Positions 61,049 through 64,000 of a DNA stretch of 64,000 nt are shown piece after piece. Source of the DNA: an uncultured Planctomycetales bacterium (lineage in GTDB: Bacteria > Omnitrophota > Gorgyraeia > Zapsychrales > JANLHA01). Numbering within the stretch: the stretch's first letter is position 1; every line of letters begins with the position of its first letter. A program made the position numbers and the translations under genes. The notes below the pieces were generated by a model. The model searched no databases. It worked only from the letters and a program-made list of their open reading frames with translations, and was not told where the DNA came from. Location of the stretch: contig CAZAXH010000001.1 of the NCBI GenBank assembly GCA_964489065.1, positions 155,460-219,459 on the forward strand, given 5' to 3'.

Positions 61049-61561
61049 TCACAAAGGTTTCCTTTGAGGATATAAGTATTTCATAAGATACCGGTGAAGG
61101 ACCTTTTGCCCGTGAATATTTTGCGGAGTCTTGGCAAATTCCAACCCCAAATTATATTGCTCGGAATGCGGCAATTTCTGAATCCACACAACACGGCCAA
61201 CCAGTTTGACCGTACGGTCATTTTCCACGGAGAACTCCACGGACAAATCCGTGTTAAGCGGGATAAAACTGTATGCGCGGAAACGCAACCCCCCTTCGCT
61301 TAAATCCCAACTCAAACACCCTCCAAAAGACGGAAGCGGGGCGCCGTGTGCCGGAGCCCCGGGCAAAACATGAAATTCCACTGCCTCCCGAAAGGCAATT
61401 CGTTTGTATCTTCTTTTCTCAAACACTAATCGTATAAAGTCTTTTAATTTTTCTTTTGCTGAATTATAACATAGAATATTCCACTGACAATTATTTTTTT
61501 CTGCTTCCCATCCGATTCCTCCCGCCCGGCCCCGGTCGAGCCAAAGGGACGGGGCCTTCAC
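61049..61561 (-). CDS. PilZ domain protein
   Basis: EKRRYKRIAFREAV (RxxxR) and DLSEGGLRF (DxSxGG) c-di-GMP-binding motifs. Confidence 0.7.
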   Translation of the reverse strand: MKAPSLWLDRGRAGGIGWEAEKNNCQWNILCYNSAKEKLKDFIRLVFEKRRYKRIAFREAVEFHVLPGAPAHGAPLPSFGGCLSWDLSEGGLRFRAYSFIPLNTDLSVEFSVENDRTVKLVGRVVWIQKLPHSEQYNLGLEFAKTPQNIHGQKVLHRYLMKYLYPQRKPL

Positions 61562-61603
61562 AACCGGGAGCGATACAACAGGCTAATATTCCGCAATTCC
61601 TCG

Positions 61604-61632
61604 TTTACCGCATTTAGACAGCATGATATAAT
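61604..61632 (+). promoter_or_regulatory. sigma70-type promoter TTTACC-N17-TATAAT giving a leaderless or near-leaderless transcript of the ExeA-like gene
   Basis: The TATAAT box ends 7 nt before ATG 61640. No SD sequence. Confidence 0.5.
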
Positions 61633-61639
61633 TGTGCCC

Positions 61640-62452
61640 ATGTATATAGAATTTTACGGTTTTAAAGACCCCCCCTTCAATATGACATCTGATCCTGAAT
61701 ATTTTTTTGGCAGTTCGCAACATAGGGATGCCTTTTCCCATCTAATGTACGGTGTGCAACAGCGAAAAGGGATTATGGTCGTAACCGGCGAGATCGGGAC
61801 AGGAAAAACGACCCTGTGCCGGACCCTGCTCACCCGGCTGGACAGCAATGTCCGCACCGCACTCATCCTCAACCCTTCTTTTTCCGAAATCCAGCTGCTG
61901 CAGTTGATCCTGAAAGATTTCGGAATCAGAGGGGACCATAAAAACAAACTCGCGCTGGTCGGCGCCTTAAACGCCTTTCTCATCGAAGAAAATGAGCTCG
62001 GCCGCAATGTGGTGATTATCATTGACGAAGCCCAAAACCTGAAAGCCAGCCAACTGGAACAGATCCGGCTCTTGTCCAATATAGAAACGGAAAAACACAA
62101 ACTATTGCAAATCATCCTTGTTGGACAACCGGAATTGCTGGACAAACTCAAACTGCCCTCCCTGCGGCAGTTAAATCAAAGAGTCGCCGTCCGTTTTCAT
62201 CTCCTGCCCCTGGACAAGGAGGATCTGCGTCCTTACCTGGCTTTCCGCCTGCAGGTCGCCCGAAAAGAGGACAACGGGCCGCAGCCCGTTCAATTCACGG
62301 ACAAAGCCATTGACGCGATTCATCTTATATCCAAAGGCACGCCCCGGGTCATCAATATGCTCTGCGACCGGGCCCTGTTAGCCGGCTTTGTTCAGGAAAC
62401 ATTTTCTATTGACGAAAAAATAATATACAAATGCGCCAGAGAGGTAAATTAA
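61640..62452 (+). CDS. ExeA/GspA/MshM-like AAA ATPase
   Basis: MYIEFYGFKDPPF N-terminus. GEIGTGKTTLCR Walker A. IIDEAQNL Walker B. The first ATG at 61640 is preferred over the GTG at 61634. Confidence 0.8.
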   Translation: MYIEFYGFKDPPFNMTSDPEYFFGSSQHRDAFSHLMYGVQQRKGIMVVTGEIGTGKTTLCRTLLTRLDSNVRTALILNPSFSEIQLLQLILKDFGIRGDHKNKLALVGALNAFLIEENELGRNVVIIIDEAQNLKASQLEQIRLLSNIETEKHKLLQIILVGQPELLDKLKLPSLRQLNQRVAVRFHLLPLDKEDLRPYLAFRLQVARKEDNGPQPVQFTDKAIDAIHLISKGTPRVINMLCDRALLAGFVQETFSIDEKIIYKCAREVN

Positions 62453-62454
62453 CA

Positions 62455-63018
62455 ATGAGCATTATCAATGACGCACTGAAAAAGACCCAGAATACCATGA
62501 GCCCGGACGGAAACCAAAAAGGGGATCCGGAGGGTTCGTCATCCAGAGCTATCCAGGGATCATCTCCCCAACTTGGCGATGAACGTTTTGCCAAGCCCCC
62601 GGCGGGGAAAAACAGCGGCCCGGCAACACCGCCAGCCGGGCACCAGCCCAAGCCGACTCCCTCTGTCTCCCCTCAAGCGCCGCTTAAAATCCGGAAAAGC
62701 AAAACCCCTCTTTGGATAGGGCTTGTTGTGGTGGTCTTTTTGGCGCTTACCGCCGGATTATTAAAATTTTTCGGCCAAGGCCCCTTCGCCGCAAAAAACC
62801 GCCAGGCCTCTTCCGCCCCGGGGCAGGAATCTCCCGACGGGCTACAGGTTTCCGGAATCATGACCATGGAGAACAAACGCGTCGCTTTAATCAATAATGA
62901 AATTTATGAGGTAGGGGACATCGTAAACGGAATGCGTATCGTGGAAATCGAACGGGATAAAGTCCATCTTTCCTACGGGAACCAGAACATAAAGATCCTT
63001 AAAGTCCTCGGACATTAA
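62455..63018 (+). CDS. GspB-like protein (partner of ExeA), single TM plus C-terminal beta domain
   Basis: GAGAGG RBS. TM segment LWIGLVVVVFLALTAGLL. C-terminal ALINNEIYEVGDIVNGMRIVEIERDKVHL. Confidence 0.5.
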   Translation: MSIINDALKKTQNTMSPDGNQKGDPEGSSSRAIQGSSPQLGDERFAKPPAGKNSGPATPPAGHQPKPTPSVSPQAPLKIRKSKTPLWIGLVVVVFLALTAGLLKFFGQGPFAAKNRQASSAPGQESPDGLQVSGIMTMENKRVALINNEIYEVGDIVNGMRIVEIERDKVHLSYGNQNIKILKVLGH

Positions 63019-63034
63019 AAATCCGGAGGCACGG

Positions 63035-64000
63035 TCACATAACGTCCTGGATAGCGGCCTCGATTTCCTTAGGCTCGACGCCATCGGCCACCTTCACGCT
63101 GCCGATGGCGGTCAGAAGAACAAAACGGTTTTTCTTCCCCGAGAATTTCTTGTCGTGCTCCATATATTTCATAATATCCGTTAACGACACATACTTGATC
63201 CGCTCAGGAAGGCCCGCGGCCGTGATAACGGCATTGAGTTTCTCTACACTGTTGGGGCCGATAAATCCCAAGCGGACGGAAAGGCCGGCCGCGACCCTCA
63301 TGCCTAAGGCCACGGCTTCCCCGTGTTGATAATCTTTATATCGGTTGGCCGTTTCAATAGCATGGCCGATCGTGTGCCCGAAATTCAGGATCGTCCGCAT
63401 CCCTTTGATTTCACGCTCATCCTTCATGACAATCCTGGCCTTAATACGGCTGCAGCTGGCGATGACTTCCTGCAAAGCCTTTGCGTCAAGCGCCAGTAAT
63501 TTTTCCATGTTGTTATGGATATATTCGAAAAAATTCCGGTCGCAGATCGCCCCGTATTTAATAACCTCCGCCAAGCCATTGCGTATCTGCCGTTGGTCCA
63601 GGGTAGACAAAAGCGACACATCGCTGAAAACCAGCCTGGGCTGGTAAAAAGCGCCGACCAGGTTCTTTCCCGCGGGCAGGTCAATCGCCACTTTCCCGCC
63701 GATAGCGGAATCAATCTGCGCGAGAAAAGTGGTCGGGACCTGCACATAAGGAATCCCCCGCCGGTACGCAGCGGCGACATACCCCGCCAGATCTCCGATC
63801 ACGCCGCCGCCGAACGCCAGGATAAATATTTTTCTTTTTACGTTATAGCTGGCGACCTGTTCGATCAGGTTAAACGCCTGAGCCGCGGATTTGCTTTCTT
63901 CCCCGTCCGGGACCTCAAAAAATTTGGTCGTAAACCCGCCTTTCTTCAACGAGGCACTTAATGCCCTCCCGTGCAACTGCCGGACAACCGGATTAGTGAT
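63035..64000 (-). CDS. aroB: 3-dehydroquinate synthase; N-terminus lies beyond the window end
   Basis: FGGGVIGDLAGYVAA glycine-rich NAD motif. Metal-binding His residues (HTIGHAIE). Confidence 0.9.
   Translation of the reverse strand: MTNPVVRQLHGRALSASLKKGGFTTKFFEVPDGEESKSAAQAFNLIEQVASYNVKRKIFILAFGGGVIGDLAGYVAAAYRRGIPYVQVPTTFLAQIDSAIGGKVAIDLPAGKNLVGAFYQPRLVFSDVSLLSTLDQRQIRNGLAEVIKYGAICDRNFFEYIHNNMEKLLALDAKALQEVIASCSRIKARIVMKDEREIKGMRTILNFGHTIGHAIETANRYKDYQHGEAVALGMRVAAGLSVRLGFIGPNSVEKLNAVITAAGLPERIKYVSLTDIMKYMEHDKKFSGKKNRFVLLTAIGSVKVADGVEPKEIEAAIQDVM

Overview
This 64-kb window is a bacterial chromosomal segment of roughly 55-60% GC. It is densely coded, and almost every gene sits on the minus strand. 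Only the Hel308-like helicase, a spermidine-synthase-like membrane protein with its neighbour, and an ExeA/GspB-like pair are on the plus strand. I found no tRNA, rRNA, CRISPR array, transposase or integrase. The lineage cannot be assigned from sequence alone; Tat, lipoprotein, PilZ and pilus/T2SS-like genes suggest a Gram-negative-type envelope.

Most of the window is core housekeeping: PolX (5' end cut by the window start), TatD, Dtd, AspRS, HisRS, HU, DnaE, GuaA, GuaB, GroES/GroEL with a CIRCE operator, CoaX, UvrB, an RluA-family synthase, AroB (cut by the window end), and the conserved phoH-7TM-HD-ybeY-recO cluster. Accessory content includes TatA/TatC followed by a DUF362 protein and a polyferredoxin membrane protein, two M50 site-2-protease paralogs, two PHB-depolymerase-like esterases, three PilZ proteins, a PIN-PhoH2 fusion, an ArnT-like glycosyltransferase and many hypothetical envelope proteins.

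The most interesting region is a sharply AT-rich (~35% GC) three-gene cassette at about 32.4-34.75 kb. It encodes a protein with an Rx4HG HEPN-like motif, a multi-pass membrane protein, and a SEC-C zinc-motif protein with a nuclease-like C-terminal domain. I rate it a candidate uncharacterised defence or abortive-infection-like module. Next to it, the 5' end of a pyridoxamine-5'-phosphate-oxidase-family (PNPOx) gene is duplicated as a 42-aa upstream ORF translationally coupled to an inserted two-gene block. Other notable points are a frameshift in a G6 homopolymer that splits the AzgA purine permease, structured intergenic RNAs or terminators, a leaderless-type promoter, and several small ORFs absent from the ORF track.
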